Source: a virus
Lineage: Duplodnaviria; Caudoviricetes
Direction: 5' to 3' (one strand)
Virus record (IMG/VR): IMGVR_UViG_3300012894_000009
Span: 1-45,717 of that record
DNA length: 45,717 nt
Shown here: positions 7,833 through 17,027 of the stretch, in pieces
How the letters are laid out: each line of letters opens with the position of its first letter
Position numbering within the stretch: position 1 is the stretch's first letter
Program-made: the position numbers and the translations under genes
Notes under the pieces: model-generated
What the model was told of the DNA's origin: nothing
The model's database searches: none
What the model saw: only the letters and a program-made list of their open reading frames with translations

Positions 7833-8683
7833 GCCTGCGCGCGATGCTGTGGGCCCTCGAACACGCACCCGTCCAGAACCCCGCCCGCCTCGTGGTGCTC
7901 CTCGCTCTGGCCGACCGCGCCAGCGACGACGGGACCGCCGCCTGGCCGACGGTGGCATGGCTGGCGCAGCGCGCCCGCTGCTCCGAGCGCTCGGTGCAGC
8001 GCTACCTGCAGGCCCTGCAGGAGGAGGACTGCGTCATCCGTCCCGGGGACCAGGAGCTGGTCTCCCACATCCGCCGGGACCGCCGGCAGCGCGTCTGGGA
8101 CCTCGTGATGGACGCCCGCGAGCGCCCGGCCACGGGGCGACAGGTTGTCACCCCGCCCGTGGGGCACGGGGTGACAGCTGGTGCGCCACGGGGTGACAGC
8201 GCTGTCGCTGACGGGGTGACACTGCTGTCGCCAGAACCGTCCCTCACTCCCTACGGGAGTGAAACCGTCCTAGAACCGTCCAACGCGCGCGAGGCGCGCG
8301 AGATCGAGACCGCCCCGGCGATCACCTTCGAGGCGTTCTACGCGGCGTACCCATGGCACACCGGCCGGACGAAGGCGGCCACGGCCTGGACGAAGGCGAT
8401 CAAGGCGGCGGACCCGGCGGACATCGTGGCCGGCGCCTGCCGGTACGCAGCGGACCCCAACCGGGACCCCGCGTACACGAAACAGCCCGCGACGTGGCTG
8501 AACCAGGGCTGCTGGGACGACGACCCGCTGCCCGTCCGCCGCTCCAGCGGGTCAGCGGCAAGCCAGGACCACCACGACGGGCTGTTCGACGCGGCACGGG
8601 CCCGCGCGGAGCAGGCCGAGGCCTACCAGGCGCAGATGCGCCGGCTGCAGGACGAACGCCTCACGATCGGCGGCGCCCGGTGA
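7829..8683 (+). CDS. Replication initiator (N-terminal HTH_36-like, lambda O-like organisation)
   Basis: RLVVLLALADRA..G.AWPTVAWLAQRARCSERSVQRYL; C-terminal FEAFYAAYP...PATWLNQGCWDD; internal iterons; AGGAGG RBS. Confidence 0.8.
   Translation: MSLRAMLWALEHAPVQNPARLVVLLALADRASDDGTAAWPTVAWLAQRARCSERSVQRYLQALQEEDCVIRPGDQELVSHIRRDRRQRVWDLVMDARERPATGRQVVTPPVGHGVTAGAPRGDSAVADGVTLLSPEPSLTPYGSETVLEPSNAREAREIETAPAITFEAFYAAYPWHTGRTKAATAWTKAIKAADPADIVAGACRYAADPNRDPAYTKQPATWLNQGCWDDDPLPVRRSSGSAASQDHHDGLFDAARARAEQAEAYQAQMRRLQDERLTIGGAR
8132..8281. repeat. Iteron array, probable phage replication origin
   Basis: ACGGGGYGACA at 8132, 8166, 8188, 8211, inverted copy at 8146-8155; AACCGTCC x3 at about 8235-8281. 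Confidence 0.7.
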
Positions 8684-9069
8684 CCCCCGTCGAGTGCGTC
8701 GAGCTGTGCCGCTACGTGCGGGCCGCGGTGCCGCACCAGCAGTGGGACGCGAAGACCCCGGACGTCTGGTTCGACCTCGGCCTGGCCGACGTCGAGCTGG
8801 CCGACGCCCGCGACGCCGTAAAGGCCCTCGTCCGCCAGCGCGTTTTCGTCGACTTCCACGGCATCCTCACCGGCGCTCGCCGCATCGAGGGCGCGCGCCT
8901 GGTGGGCGTCGACCACGGCGACCCCCCGGACGCCGACCCCGACGACGTCCCGGCGTACCTGGCCGCGCTGCGCGAGCACCGCCATCGCGTCGCGACCGGC
9001 GAGATCGCCAGGCCCATGCCCCGCCAGCTCGTCGGCCGCCCGATCCCCGCCCGGGAGCGCACGCCGTGA
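8680..9069 (+). CDS. Probable helicase loader/inhibitor-like protein
   Basis: Directly follows the initiator; PDVW..L....LADARDAV pattern. Confidence 0.5.
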   Translation: MTPVECVELCRYVRAAVPHQQWDAKTPDVWFDLGLADVELADARDAVKALVRQRVFVDFHGILTGARRIEGARLVGVDHGDPPDADPDDVPAYLAALREHRHRVATGEIARPMPRQLVGRPIPARERTP

Positions 9070-9329
9070 GGGATGACCACCAGGGCGTCGCAGCGCGCGG
9101 TGCGGCAGCGTGCCGGGCCGCGTTGGCCGAGGCCCGGGAGCGCACGGCCACGGACGCCCCGAAGCGTGTATGGGAGCCGCTGCCCGCGCTCGTCCCGCCG
9201 CCGGCGCTCCGACGGGCTGACCGGCCCCGCACGAACAGCCCCGTGGGGATGCCCGCCTACGTGGAGCCCACCGACACCGAGATCCCGCCGGGTGAGGAAC
9301 CCCCGGCCGAAGACTGGAGAGACCGATGA
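9066..9329 (+). CDS. Hypothetical protein
   Basis: Coupled GTGA start and ATGA stop. Confidence 0.45.
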   Translation: MRDDHQGVAARGAAACRAALAEARERTATDAPKRVWEPLPALVPPPALRRADRPRTNSPVGMPAYVEPTDTEIPPGEEPPAEDWRDR

Positions 9330-9577
9330 CCGAGAACACCCCGCCCGACGTGCGCCCTGGCCAGGTGTGGGCCGACAACGACCCTCGCTCGGCTGGCCGG
9401 ACGTTCCGGGTCATCTCCATCACGGCGGGCGGCCGGGTGCAGTGCGTCGTGCTGACCCCGCCCACCGCGTGGCCGGCCACCCGCGTGGGGCACAGCGTCT
9501 CCATCGCCGCCCGTCGCCTCCGGCCCACGGCCCGCGGGTACCGCCTCGTCAGTGACGCCCCCGGAACGACCGCGTGA
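9326..9577 (+). CDS. Hypothetical phage protein (SH3-like beta barrel)
   Basis: VRPGQVWADNDPRSAGRTFRV...RRLRPTARGYRL. Confidence 0.65.
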   Translation: MTENTPPDVRPGQVWADNDPRSAGRTFRVISITAGGRVQCVVLTPPTAWPATRVGHSVSIAARRLRPTARGYRLVSDAPGTTA

Positions 9578-10434
9578 GCGCCGCCCAGGCCGCCACGGCG
9601 CTCGCCGTGGGCGTGGAGTCGCACGAGGAGGTCGCAGGCCCGGAGAACGGCGCACAGCGGTGCGTCCGGAAGCCGGGATCGACGTGGACGGCCTGCCGGT
9701 GCTCCGAGTGCCACGTGCGGCGCTGCCGCGAGTCGAAGCTCTACCGCTGCGGCCGGCTCCAGCTGCCCGACCGTGACGCGGCCATGGCCCGTGTCCTCTG
9801 GTGGATCGATATGGGCTGGGAGCCGTCCGCCATCGCCTCAGCGACCGGCCTCACGCTCACCGGGACGCAGGCGATTCTCGGGCGCGTCAAGGCGGGCGTC
9901 CGGTTCCTGCAGGGCCACACGGTTGCGGCGGTCCTGGGCGCTGGACGGCCCACGTCGGGCCGGATGCTCGTCGTGGGTACCCGCCGGCGGCTGCAGGCCC
10001 TGGCGTGGAACGGGTGGACGCTGGAGGCCATCAGCGAGCGCACCGGGGTCCCGATGATGTCGCTGTCCAACGCCCGCACCGGGGCCCGGCGCCTGGTCTC
10101 GGTGGCCACCCGCAACGCCGTCGCGGACGTCTACGAGCAGCTGCAGAACCAGCACCAGCAGGGTGGCTCGGGCCGGGCCGCCTTCATCGCCCGCAAGCGG
10201 GGGTGGGCGCCGCCGGCCGCGTGGGACGACGACACGATCGACGACCCCGGGGCGCAGCCCGAGGGCCTGGTCCAGCGCGGCCGGCGAACGACGGACCCGC
10301 TGATCGTCGAGGACATTGCTGACCTGCACCGGGTCGGGTACACCGACCGGGAGATCGCCACCCGCCTGGGCTTCAACACCCCGGACGCGGTCGCGATGAT
10401 CCGCCGCCGGCACCTGAAGCGGGCCGCGGCGTGA
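9574..10434 (+). CDS. Multi-HTH DNA-binding protein
   Basis: CRCSEC, RRRLQALAWNGWTLEAIS, GWAPPAAWDDDTIDDP, C-terminal GYTDREIATRLG. Confidence 0.7.
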   Translation: MSAAQAATALAVGVESHEEVAGPENGAQRCVRKPGSTWTACRCSECHVRRCRESKLYRCGRLQLPDRDAAMARVLWWIDMGWEPSAIASATGLTLTGTQAILGRVKAGVRFLQGHTVAAVLGAGRPTSGRMLVVGTRRRLQALAWNGWTLEAISERTGVPMMSLSNARTGARRLVSVATRNAVADVYEQLQNQHQQGGSGRAAFIARKRGWAPPAAWDDDTIDDPGAQPEGLVQRGRRTTDPLIVEDIADLHRVGYTDREIATRLGFNTPDAVAMIRRRHLKRAAA

Positions 10435-10841
10435 GCGGCGCGTTCCCGCCCCGGATCCGCAACGTGGTCCTCACCCGGGACACGTGGTGCGCCGGGTGCG
10501 GGTCGATGGAGAACCCCACGATCCAGCACCGCCGGGCCCGGGGGATGGGCGGCTCGTCGAGGTCCTCGACGTCGTCGCCGGCGAACGGCCTGCTGCTGTG
10601 CGGGTCGGGGACGACGGGCTGCCACGGCTGGACCGAGTCTCACCCGGCCGAGGCCGCGTTCCTCGGGTGGCGCGTCACCCAGTTCGACGACCCCACCCAC
10701 GTGCCCGTGTGGCGCACGACGCCCCTCGGTGGGGAGTGGGTGCTTCTCGACGACAACGGGGGCGCCTCCCCCGCACCTGACGCCGCGTTGGCCGCCCTGG
10801 CCGCGCTCCACGCCGAACACCTCACCAGGAGGACCGCATGA
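10431..10841 (+). CDS. HNH endonuclease
   Basis: RDTWCAGCG...QHRRARGMGG...NGLLLCGSGTTGCHGW. Confidence 0.8.
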   Translation: MSGAFPPRIRNVVLTRDTWCAGCGSMENPTIQHRRARGMGGSSRSSTSSPANGLLLCGSGTTGCHGWTESHPAEAAFLGWRVTQFDDPTHVPVWRTTPLGGEWVLLDDNGGASPAPDAALAALAALHAEHLTRRTA

Positions 10842-10927
10842 TCGTCAGCCGCGCCGCAGCGCGTCTCGCCCGCACGCACCCGGACTGGCCCCTGTGGCGC
10901 TGCATCGAGGAGGCCACCCGTGGCTGA
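10838..10927 (+). CDS. 29-aa micro-protein
   Basis: AGGAGG RBS, ATGA coupling; MIVSRAAARLARTHPDWPLWRCIEEATRG. Confidence 0.5.
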   Translation: MIVSRAAARLARTHPDWPLWRCIEEATRG

Positions 10928-11186
10928 CGCCGACGACGAAGCCGCACGGGTCGCCCGGCGCGTCGCTGAGGTGAGCGGCTGGCCTGAGTGGATGCAGGCG
11001 CCGGCCCTCGGCCGCGACATCACCCCGGTCGTCCGTCGCGTCATCGAGGCGGTCGACGCGCACCGCGAGCTGCAGGCGCCGGTCGCCTCGCCCAGCTACC
11101 GGGTGGTGCAGCACCCCACGCGCTCGCTGAACGACGTGAGCGCCATCCATGACGGCTACATCGACGGCGAGACCGCCGATGGGTAG
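10920..11186 (+). CDS. Hypothetical protein
   Basis: GAGGAGG RBS; high-GC3 codon usage. Confidence 0.55.
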   Translation: MADADDEAARVARRVAEVSGWPEWMQAPALGRDITPVVRRVIEAVDAHRELQAPVASPSYRVVQHPTRSLNDVSAIHDGYIDGETADG

Positions 11187-11222
11187 CTGTGGAAGCGGGA
11201 ACCTCAGGGCGAGGATGCCGGC

Positions 11223-11504
11223 ATGAGCGACCAGCCCCGGACCAACCCGTTGACCATTGTGCCCGGCGATGAGGACCTCGCTGGCTTCACGTACCCGAGC
11301 TTCGACGAGCACGGTGGCTGCTCCCTCTGCGGAGCAACCGTGCACCATGAGCGCCGCGCGCGCAGCCTGCACGACGCCTTCCACCTGGGCCTATACGCGC
11401 AGAACAGCGTCGCGCTCAGGGTCTTGCTGCACCTCGGCGCCAACGCGGACCCACGCGCAGAGCCAACTACCGCAGCTCCACCCACCACGAAGGGGGACGC
11501 GTGA
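11223..11504 (+). CDS. Hypothetical protein with CxxC...HxxxH
   Basis: CSLCG...LHDAFH. Confidence 0.5.
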   Translation: MSDQPRTNPLTIVPGDEDLAGFTYPSFDEHGGCSLCGATVHHERRARSLHDAFHLGLYAQNSVALRVLLHLGANADPRAEPTTAAPPTTKGDA

Positions 11505-12289
11505 GCGTCGACACCCAGCTCAACCTCACCCAGGCGCTCGCCACCATCCGCGAGGTCTGGGACGAGACCCTCGACCCGCCGCGAGCGCCAGGTGGCGGTG
11601 GTGGCGGTGGGAAGCCGGCGTCGCGGGCCCCGCTGCCGGACGACGCCTTCGACAGCCGGCTCCACGCTTCGTCGGTGCTGAGCGCCTGGTGCGAGTTCGT
11701 AGGCGATGAGCGTGGCGTGTGCCCGGTACGGCTCGGCGACGCGGCGGTGCTCGGCATGGCGGCCTGGCTCATCGAGCACGCGGCGTGGCTGGCAGACCAG
11801 GAGCTGGGCCCCGTGGCCGCGCTCGAGCTGGCTGAGGCCGCGAAGGACCTGGACCGCATCGCACACCCGGACCGCCCGGACGCGCTGTACATCGGCCGGT
11901 GCCCGGTAGGCCTGGACGTCGGTACGCCGTGCGGTCGCCGGCTGTACTGGCCGCGCGGTGCCCTCACGGTGGACTGCAGCGCCTGCGGCACACGAGACGA
12001 CGTCTACGGCTGGGTCAAGCGGATGGGCGACGAGATGCCTGATGACCTCACCGCGGTGCAGCTGAGCACGTACCTGACGCGGTCCCTCGACGTCCTCATC
12101 AGCCACGAGCTGGTGCGGAAGTGGGTCAGCCGCGGCCTGCTCGCCGCGCTGCCCACCCGCGACCAGCGCCGGCGCCCGCTGTACTCGGCGGCCTCAGCCC
12201 TCGTCCTCGCCCAGGCCCACCTGGAGAGGAGCCAGCGCGCACCACGCCGAGTGTCGCTGCCAGTCACTAGCGCTTACGCCGGTACCTGA
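11501..12289 (+). CDS. Probable late-gene activator (Zn ribbon plus C-terminal HTH)
   Basis: IGRCP...CGRRLY...VDCSACG and LVRKWVSRGLL...PLY; last early gene before the packaging module. Confidence 0.65.
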   Translation: MSVDTQLNLTQALATIREVWDETLDPPRAPGGGGGGGKPASRAPLPDDAFDSRLHASSVLSAWCEFVGDERGVCPVRLGDAAVLGMAAWLIEHAAWLADQELGPVAALELAEAAKDLDRIAHPDRPDALYIGRCPVGLDVGTPCGRRLYWPRGALTVDCSACGTRDDVYGWVKRMGDEMPDDLTAVQLSTYLTRSLDVLISHELVRKWVSRGLLAALPTRDQRRRPLYSAASALVLAQAHLERSQRAPRRVSLPVTSAYAGT

Positions 12290-12410
12290 TACGGTGTGAC
12301 GAGTCCGGGGCAGAGCTGTCCCATCTGGACGGGCCGGGCGGCCCCAAGCTCCTCCCCACATCAGGGAGTCGAAGCAAGGCCGCCCGGCCTCTGACTGTCG
12401 GAGGTGCCAA

Positions 12411-12698
12411 CTGCTCACCGACCTCGACCGCGAACTCCTCGACGTGGCCGGCTCCATCACCAGCCTGCACGAGCGGGCCACCTACCCCGTGATGCACGCC
12501 CGGTTCGGCAACACCACGCGAGCCTGGCAGCAGATCAACGCGCTCCTCGACACCGAGGAGGCCTTGGCCTACGCACCCACCGCCGTGCTGCGGCTGCGCC
12601 GGGTGCGGGACAGGCGGGCCGCCTTGCGCGCTCAATCTCGCGAGCCCAAGGGGACGAGTACGAGCGCGACGCACCCTCGCGGTCCCCGGTCCGGCTAG
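12411..12698 (+). CDS. DUF3263-like protein (probable CTG start)
   Basis: LTDLDRELLD...ARFG..TRAWQQINALLDTEEALAYAPTAVLRLRRVRDRR; GGAGG ends 6 nt before the in-frame CTG at 12411. Confidence 0.7.
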   Translation: MLTDLDRELLDVAGSITSLHERATYPVMHARFGNTTRAWQQINALLDTEEALAYAPTAVLRLRRVRDRRAALRAQSREPKGTSTSATHPRGPRSG

Positions 12699-13150
12699 TT
12701 ATCTCCGACCTGTCCGCGCGCTGTATCGAAGAGGTCGGCCACTTCATTTGTGATGTCTGGTGCGCCCGACCGCTGGCCCTTCTGGACGTCCACCGCGAGG
12801 TGTGAGAGTTGAGCCTGAACGAGCTCGATCTTCTCCGCAGTCCCCTTGTCCACGAGGATGCGAACCGCAGCTGCCTGCCTCTTACTTTCCGGGTACGCGT
12901 CCAGAAACCGCTTGGCGACCGTCGGATCGAGGGCCCCGTCCTTACCGACGGAGAGATCAGGCTGGATCCGGTCGAAGTCGTCCAACGTCCCCAGATAGGC
13001 AGCCCAGGCTGTCCGCTGAGCAGTGAGCAGGTTGTTCTCCGTGGTGACGTCTCCACTGTGGTAGACCCCGAAAGCTGCGATGAGCGCCGCGACGATGGCC
13101 GCCACTGCGGCGATCGTGGCGGGCGTGTTGCTGGTGGCAGTAGTCGACAT
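12695..13150 (-). CDS. Counter-oriented moron: membrane-anchored hypothetical protein
   Basis: TIAAVAAIVAALIAAFGVY TM followed by a helical domain; TACCTT -10 hexamer 6 nt before the ATG. Confidence 0.7.
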   Translation of the reverse strand: MSTTATSNTPATIAAVAAIVAALIAAFGVYHSGDVTTENNLLTAQRTAWAAYLGTLDDFDRIQPDLSVGKDGALDPTVAKRFLDAYPESKRQAAAVRILVDKGTAEKIELVQAQLSHLAVDVQKGQRSGAPDITNEVADLFDTARGQVGDN

Positions 13151-13267
13151 GAATCCAAGGTAACTCGCAGGAGTGACTTGAGTGCGCGAGGTAACGATGA
13201 TGTCCACTAGTCGACCCACTACCCAAGGGCGTCCGCCACCTGCTGGACCTCCCGCTGACTCCACATC

Positions 13268-13630
13268 ATGGTGACTACACCGAAGAAGACCACGTCACGC
13301 GGCCTCGGCTGGGCGCATCAACAGCAGCGCGCCTTCCTTCTCCGCGCGCATGTCGACGGCACACCATGCCCCTGCACTGACTGCGGCCCATCGTGCCCGT
13401 GCCGCGCCGCTGGCTATCCGGCCGGCCACGGCCTTCCAATGTGGCGAGACCCCAGTGCCAACGTCGACGGCATGGCTCTCGAGGCCGACCACTCCACAGC
13501 CCGCAGTCAGGGCGGACAGCGCGCTGACCGGCTGCTTCTCGCCGTGTGCAACCGCTCGCGCGGTGACGGCACGCGGCACGGCACGCCTCGGAACAACGGG
13601 CCACGCCCGCACTGGTCCCGGCAGTGGTGA
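13268..13630 (+). CDS. Packaging-associated HNH-type endonuclease
   Basis: GLGWAHQQQR...GTPCPC..CG...LEADH...GG..ADRLL...CNRSRG; directly upstream of terminase. Confidence 0.75.
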   Translation: MVTTPKKTTSRGLGWAHQQQRAFLLRAHVDGTPCPCTDCGPSCPCRAAGYPAGHGLPMWRDPSANVDGMALEADHSTARSQGGQRADRLLLAVCNRSRGDGTRHGTPRNNGPRPHWSRQW

Positions 13631-13631
13631 A

Positions 13632-13662
13632 CCCTCGCCTCTCAAATTCTGAGAGGCGAGGG
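13632..13662 (+). terminator. 13-bp hairpin in the packaging-site region
   Basis: CCCTCGCCTCTCA-AATTC-TGAGAGGCGAGGG. Confidence 0.5.
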
Positions 13663-13723
13663 GGTTCCTGACTCACGGGGAAGTCAAGAAATATCCCCCC
13701 GAGCTCGCCAGGAGGGCGCCGAG

Positions 13724-14152
13724 GTGGCTGAACCGGCTGCAGCAGAGCAGTTCGAGGCACCTGACGGCCTCAAGGCCCGCGGTGCACGACTCTGGGCCAC
13801 CCTAGGTGGCTCGAAGATGACCGACGGCGCCTCACGCCTCCTGCTCGAAGAGGCATGCCGCAGCGCGGATCGCCTCGAGCGGCTGGACGAAATCCTCCGC
13901 GGTGACGTGGACGCCTGGATGACGTTGCGCCTTCCCCGCGGTGAGTCCGACGACGAGCTGGTCCTCCACATCGACTCGGCCCTCACGGAGGCGCGTCAGC
14001 AGCAGGCCGGCCTCAAGGCCCTGCTGTCCGCGATCGCACCGGTCGCCGATGACGCTGGAGGGGTGAAGCCCAGTGGCGACGTCCTCGACGAGCTCGACGA
14101 GCGTCGCCAGCGTGAAGGGCGCCCAGCGGCCCCGCGTCGCGCTCGTACCTGA
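13724..14152 (+). CDS. Terminase small subunit
   Basis: GL..RGARLW...LLEEACRSADRLERLD...EARQQ...DVLDELDERR; position before TerL. Confidence 0.8.
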   Translation: MAEPAAAEQFEAPDGLKARGARLWATLGGSKMTDGASRLLLEEACRSADRLERLDEILRGDVDAWMTLRLPRGESDDELVLHIDSALTEARQQQAGLKALLSAIAPVADDAGGVKPSGDVLDELDERRQREGRPAAPRRART

Positions 14153-15665
14153 CGCCTTTGACCGCTCACACGGCGAGGACGCTGCAGCCATCGGCCGCGG
14201 CTACGGGCTACCGCCGGACCCGTGGCAGGAGTTCGTCCTCGAGTGCTGGCTCGGCATCGACGAGGACGGCTTCTGGTCGTCACCGCGGTGCGGGCTGGCC
14301 GTGCCGCGACAGAACGGCAAGAACGGCGCACTGGAGCTCCGCGAGCTCTACGGCATGGTCGTGCTCGCCGAGCGCTTCCTGCACACAGCCCACGAGGTCA
14401 AGACAGCGCGCAAGGCCTTCCAGCGCCTCAAGCACTTCTTCGGCGAGAAGGCCAACGACCCGAACGCCAAGTACCCCCGCCTCAACGCGCTCGTGCGCGA
14501 GGTCCGCAACACGAACGGCCAGGAGGCCATCGTGTTGCACAACGGCGGGTCAGTGGAGTTCGTAGCCCGCTCCAAGGGCTCCGGCCGCGGCTTCTCCGTC
14601 GACGTGCTCGTCCTTGACGAGGCCCAGGACCTCGCAGAGGACGCCCTCGCTGCACTGCAGCCGACCCTGTCGGCGAGCCCCAACCCGCAGACGATCGTGA
14701 TGGGCACCCCGCCTGGCCCTAGCTCGGTCGGCGAGGTCTTCACCCGGATGCGACAAGAGGGCGTCGGCGACGGCGACTCCTCCTCCGAAGAGGAAGACAC
14801 CGGCCGGCTGTGCTGGCTCGAGTGGTCCGTCAAGCAGCCCCTCGACAAGGACGACAAGCCGACGCTGCCGAACCTGCGGGACCGGAAGCTGTGGGCGGCC
14901 GCCAACCCAGCCATCGGGCTGCGACTGCGCCCCACCACCATCACCGACGAGCTCAAGGCGATGTCCGCGGAGACCTTCGCGCGTGAGCGCCTCGGGATGT
15001 GGCCGCGCACCATCGCATCGTCGTTCATCGCCCCCGAGGTGTGGGACGCGCTGATCGAGACGGAGGCGGCGATGGCGGACCCCGTCGTCTTTGCCGTCGA
15101 CGTGTCCCCAGGTGACCGGCCGCGCGCCAGCATCGGCGTCGCCGGGCGACTCGCCACCGGGCGGCCCTCGGTCGAGGTCGTCGACAACGACGCCGGCACC
15201 CACTGGGTGGTGCAGCGGCTCGTCGACCTGGTCGAGCGCCACGACCCCGCCGCGGTCATCATCGACGGCGGCTCACCGGCAGCCGCGCTCATCCCGTCCA
15301 TCGAGCGCGCCGGCATCGAGGTCACCAAGGTCGGTGGCCGCGAGATGGCCGCAGCGTGCGGGCTGCTGTACGCCGACGCCACGCAGGACGGCCTCTCGCA
15401 CCGAGGTGACCCCCGGCTGTCCAACGCGCTCAAGGCGGCACGCCGACGCACGGTCGGCGACGCCGGATGGGCGTGGAACCGTAAGAGCAGCGGCGACGAC
15501 ATCACCCCGCTGGTGTCGGTGACCCTGGCCCGCTTCGGCCTCGAGTCACTTCCCCCGCCCCCACCGCCTGCACTCGCGCCGCGCGCCCTGGTCGGTGCAG
15601 CACCATCCGGCGCACTGGGGGGCCTGCTCGCCGCCGGACCGAGCGTGACGACCACCGGATTCTGA
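14073..15665 (+). CDS. Terminase large subunit (start may be 14112)
   Basis: PDPWQ, VPRQNGK Walker A, VLDEAQ Walker B, MGTPP, FAVDVS nuclease motif. Confidence 0.92.
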   Translation: MATSSTSSTSVASVKGAQRPRVALVPDAFDRSHGEDAAAIGRGYGLPPDPWQEFVLECWLGIDEDGFWSSPRCGLAVPRQNGKNGALELRELYGMVVLAERFLHTAHEVKTARKAFQRLKHFFGEKANDPNAKYPRLNALVREVRNTNGQEAIVLHNGGSVEFVARSKGSGRGFSVDVLVLDEAQDLAEDALAALQPTLSASPNPQTIVMGTPPGPSSVGEVFTRMRQEGVGDGDSSSEEEDTGRLCWLEWSVKQPLDKDDKPTLPNLRDRKLWAAANPAIGLRLRPTTITDELKAMSAETFARERLGMWPRTIASSFIAPEVWDALIETEAAMADPVVFAVDVSPGDRPRASIGVAGRLATGRPSVEVVDNDAGTHWVVQRLVDLVERHDPAAVIIDGGSPAAALIPSIERAGIEVTKVGGREMAAACGLLYADATQDGLSHRGDPRLSNALKAARRRTVGDAGWAWNRKSSGDDITPLVSVTLARFGLESLPPPPPPALAPRALVGAAPSGALGGLLAAGPSVTTTGF

Positions 15666-15686
15666 CGACAGGAAGGCGAGGACCCC

Positions 15687-17027
15687 ATGACCGACGACCT
15701 CGCCAACCTGGCGGCCACGGTGACCCGGTTGAAGAACCGGGCCGCCGCCCTGGCCCCCCGCTTCCTCGCGAAGACCTCCGCACCTCTGCGCGAGGCTGGC
15801 TACGACGGAGCCGGGGCCCTCACCTGGTGGGGTGCGCCCGGCATCGAGGAGACCCCCGAGCTGCAGTGGCCCCTGTCCACCCGGGTCTTCAACCAGATGC
15901 GGCGGCAGGACTCGCAGGTCAAGTCGGTCCTGCGGGCTGTGTGGCTGCCCATCCAGTCCACCCCCTGGCGCATCGACCCGGCTGGCGCGCGAGACGAGGT
16001 CGTCGAGCTCATCGCCGACGACCTCGGTCTGCCCATCAAGGGCCGCGAGGCCGCGGACCCGCGCCCCCGCACCCGGGACCGCTTCTCCTGGCAGGAGCAC
16101 CTCGGCCTGGCCCAGCTGATGCTGCCCTTCGGGCACATGTTCTTCGAGCAGGTCTACCGGATCGACGACCAAGGCCGTGGACGGCTGAGGAAGCTCGCCC
16201 CCCGCATGCCGCAGTCGATCGTGCGGGTCAACGTCGACCCCGACGGTGGGCTGAACAGCATCGAGCAGCCCCCGCAGCCCGGTTCCCCCGCCACGGTGAA
16301 CGCGCGCATCTCCGTGAACCGCCTCGTCGCCTACGTGCACGAGCGCGAGGGTGGGAACTGGCTCGGCACGTCACTCCTGCGCCCCGCGTACAAGAACTGG
16401 CTCCTGAAGGACCGCAACCTGCGCGTCTGGACCCAGCTCATCGAGCGCAACGGCATCGGCGTGCCCCTCTACGAGGCATCGCCGAACGAGACCAGCCTCG
16501 ACGCCGGGACCGCCATGGCCCAGGCCTGGCGGGCCGGGGACACCTCGGGCGGCGCCATCGCCAACGGCGCCAAGATGAGCCTCGTCGGAGTCTCCGGCAC
16601 GCTCCCCGACGCTGAGCTGGCCATCCGCTATCACGACGAGCAGATCGCCCGCGCGGTCCTGGCTCACTTCCTCAACCTCGGTGGCGGTTCCGGCAGCTAC
16701 GCCCTCGCCGCGGTGCAGGCGGACACCTTCACCCAGTCGTTGACCTCCATCGCCCAGCAGATCGCCGACGTCGTCACACAGCACGTCATCGAGGACCTCG
16801 TCGACATCAACTGGGGCGAGAACGAGCCCGCCCCGCGCCTGGTCTTCGACCCGATCGGCTCGCAGCAGATCGCCACGGCGACCGCGCTGAAGCTCCTCCT
16901 GGACGCCGGTGCACTCACCACCGACCCGGAGCTCGAAGCGGCCGTGCGACAGCAGTACGGCCTCCCCCCGCGCGACCCCAACGCGGCCCCCGCGCCGGCG
17001 CCGACCACCGAAGGGACCCCGTCGTGA
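15687..17027 (+). CDS. Portal protein (DUF935/Mu gp29-like)
   Basis: FGHMFFEQVY, LAPRMP, GTSLLRPAYKNW..K...ERNGIGVP, YHDEQIARAVL. Confidence 0.88.
   Translation: MTDDLANLAATVTRLKNRAAALAPRFLAKTSAPLREAGYDGAGALTWWGAPGIEETPELQWPLSTRVFNQMRRQDSQVKSVLRAVWLPIQSTPWRIDPAGARDEVVELIADDLGLPIKGREAADPRPRTRDRFSWQEHLGLAQLMLPFGHMFFEQVYRIDDQGRGRLRKLAPRMPQSIVRVNVDPDGGLNSIEQPPQPGSPATVNARISVNRLVAYVHEREGGNWLGTSLLRPAYKNWLLKDRNLRVWTQLIERNGIGVPLYEASPNETSLDAGTAMAQAWRAGDTSGGAIANGAKMSLVGVSGTLPDAELAIRYHDEQIARAVLAHFLNLGGGSGSYALAAVQADTFTQSLTSIAQQIADVVTQHVIEDLVDINWGENEPAPRLVFDPIGSQQIATATALKLLLDAGALTTDPELEAAVRQQYGLPPRDPNAAPAPAPTTEGTPS

Noticed and set aside
8132-8281. Short regularly spaced repeats as a CRISPR array
   Set aside because: Repeats are 11 bp with about 11-bp gaps inside a CDS and there are no cas genes; they fit iterons
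11179-11226. 15-codon ORF MGSCGSGNLRARMPA bridging two genes
   Set aside because: Too short, no motif and weak RBS; cannot be supported
14073-15665. Intein or intron in the terminase
   Set aside because: Normal length and motif spacing; no intein or homing endonuclease signature
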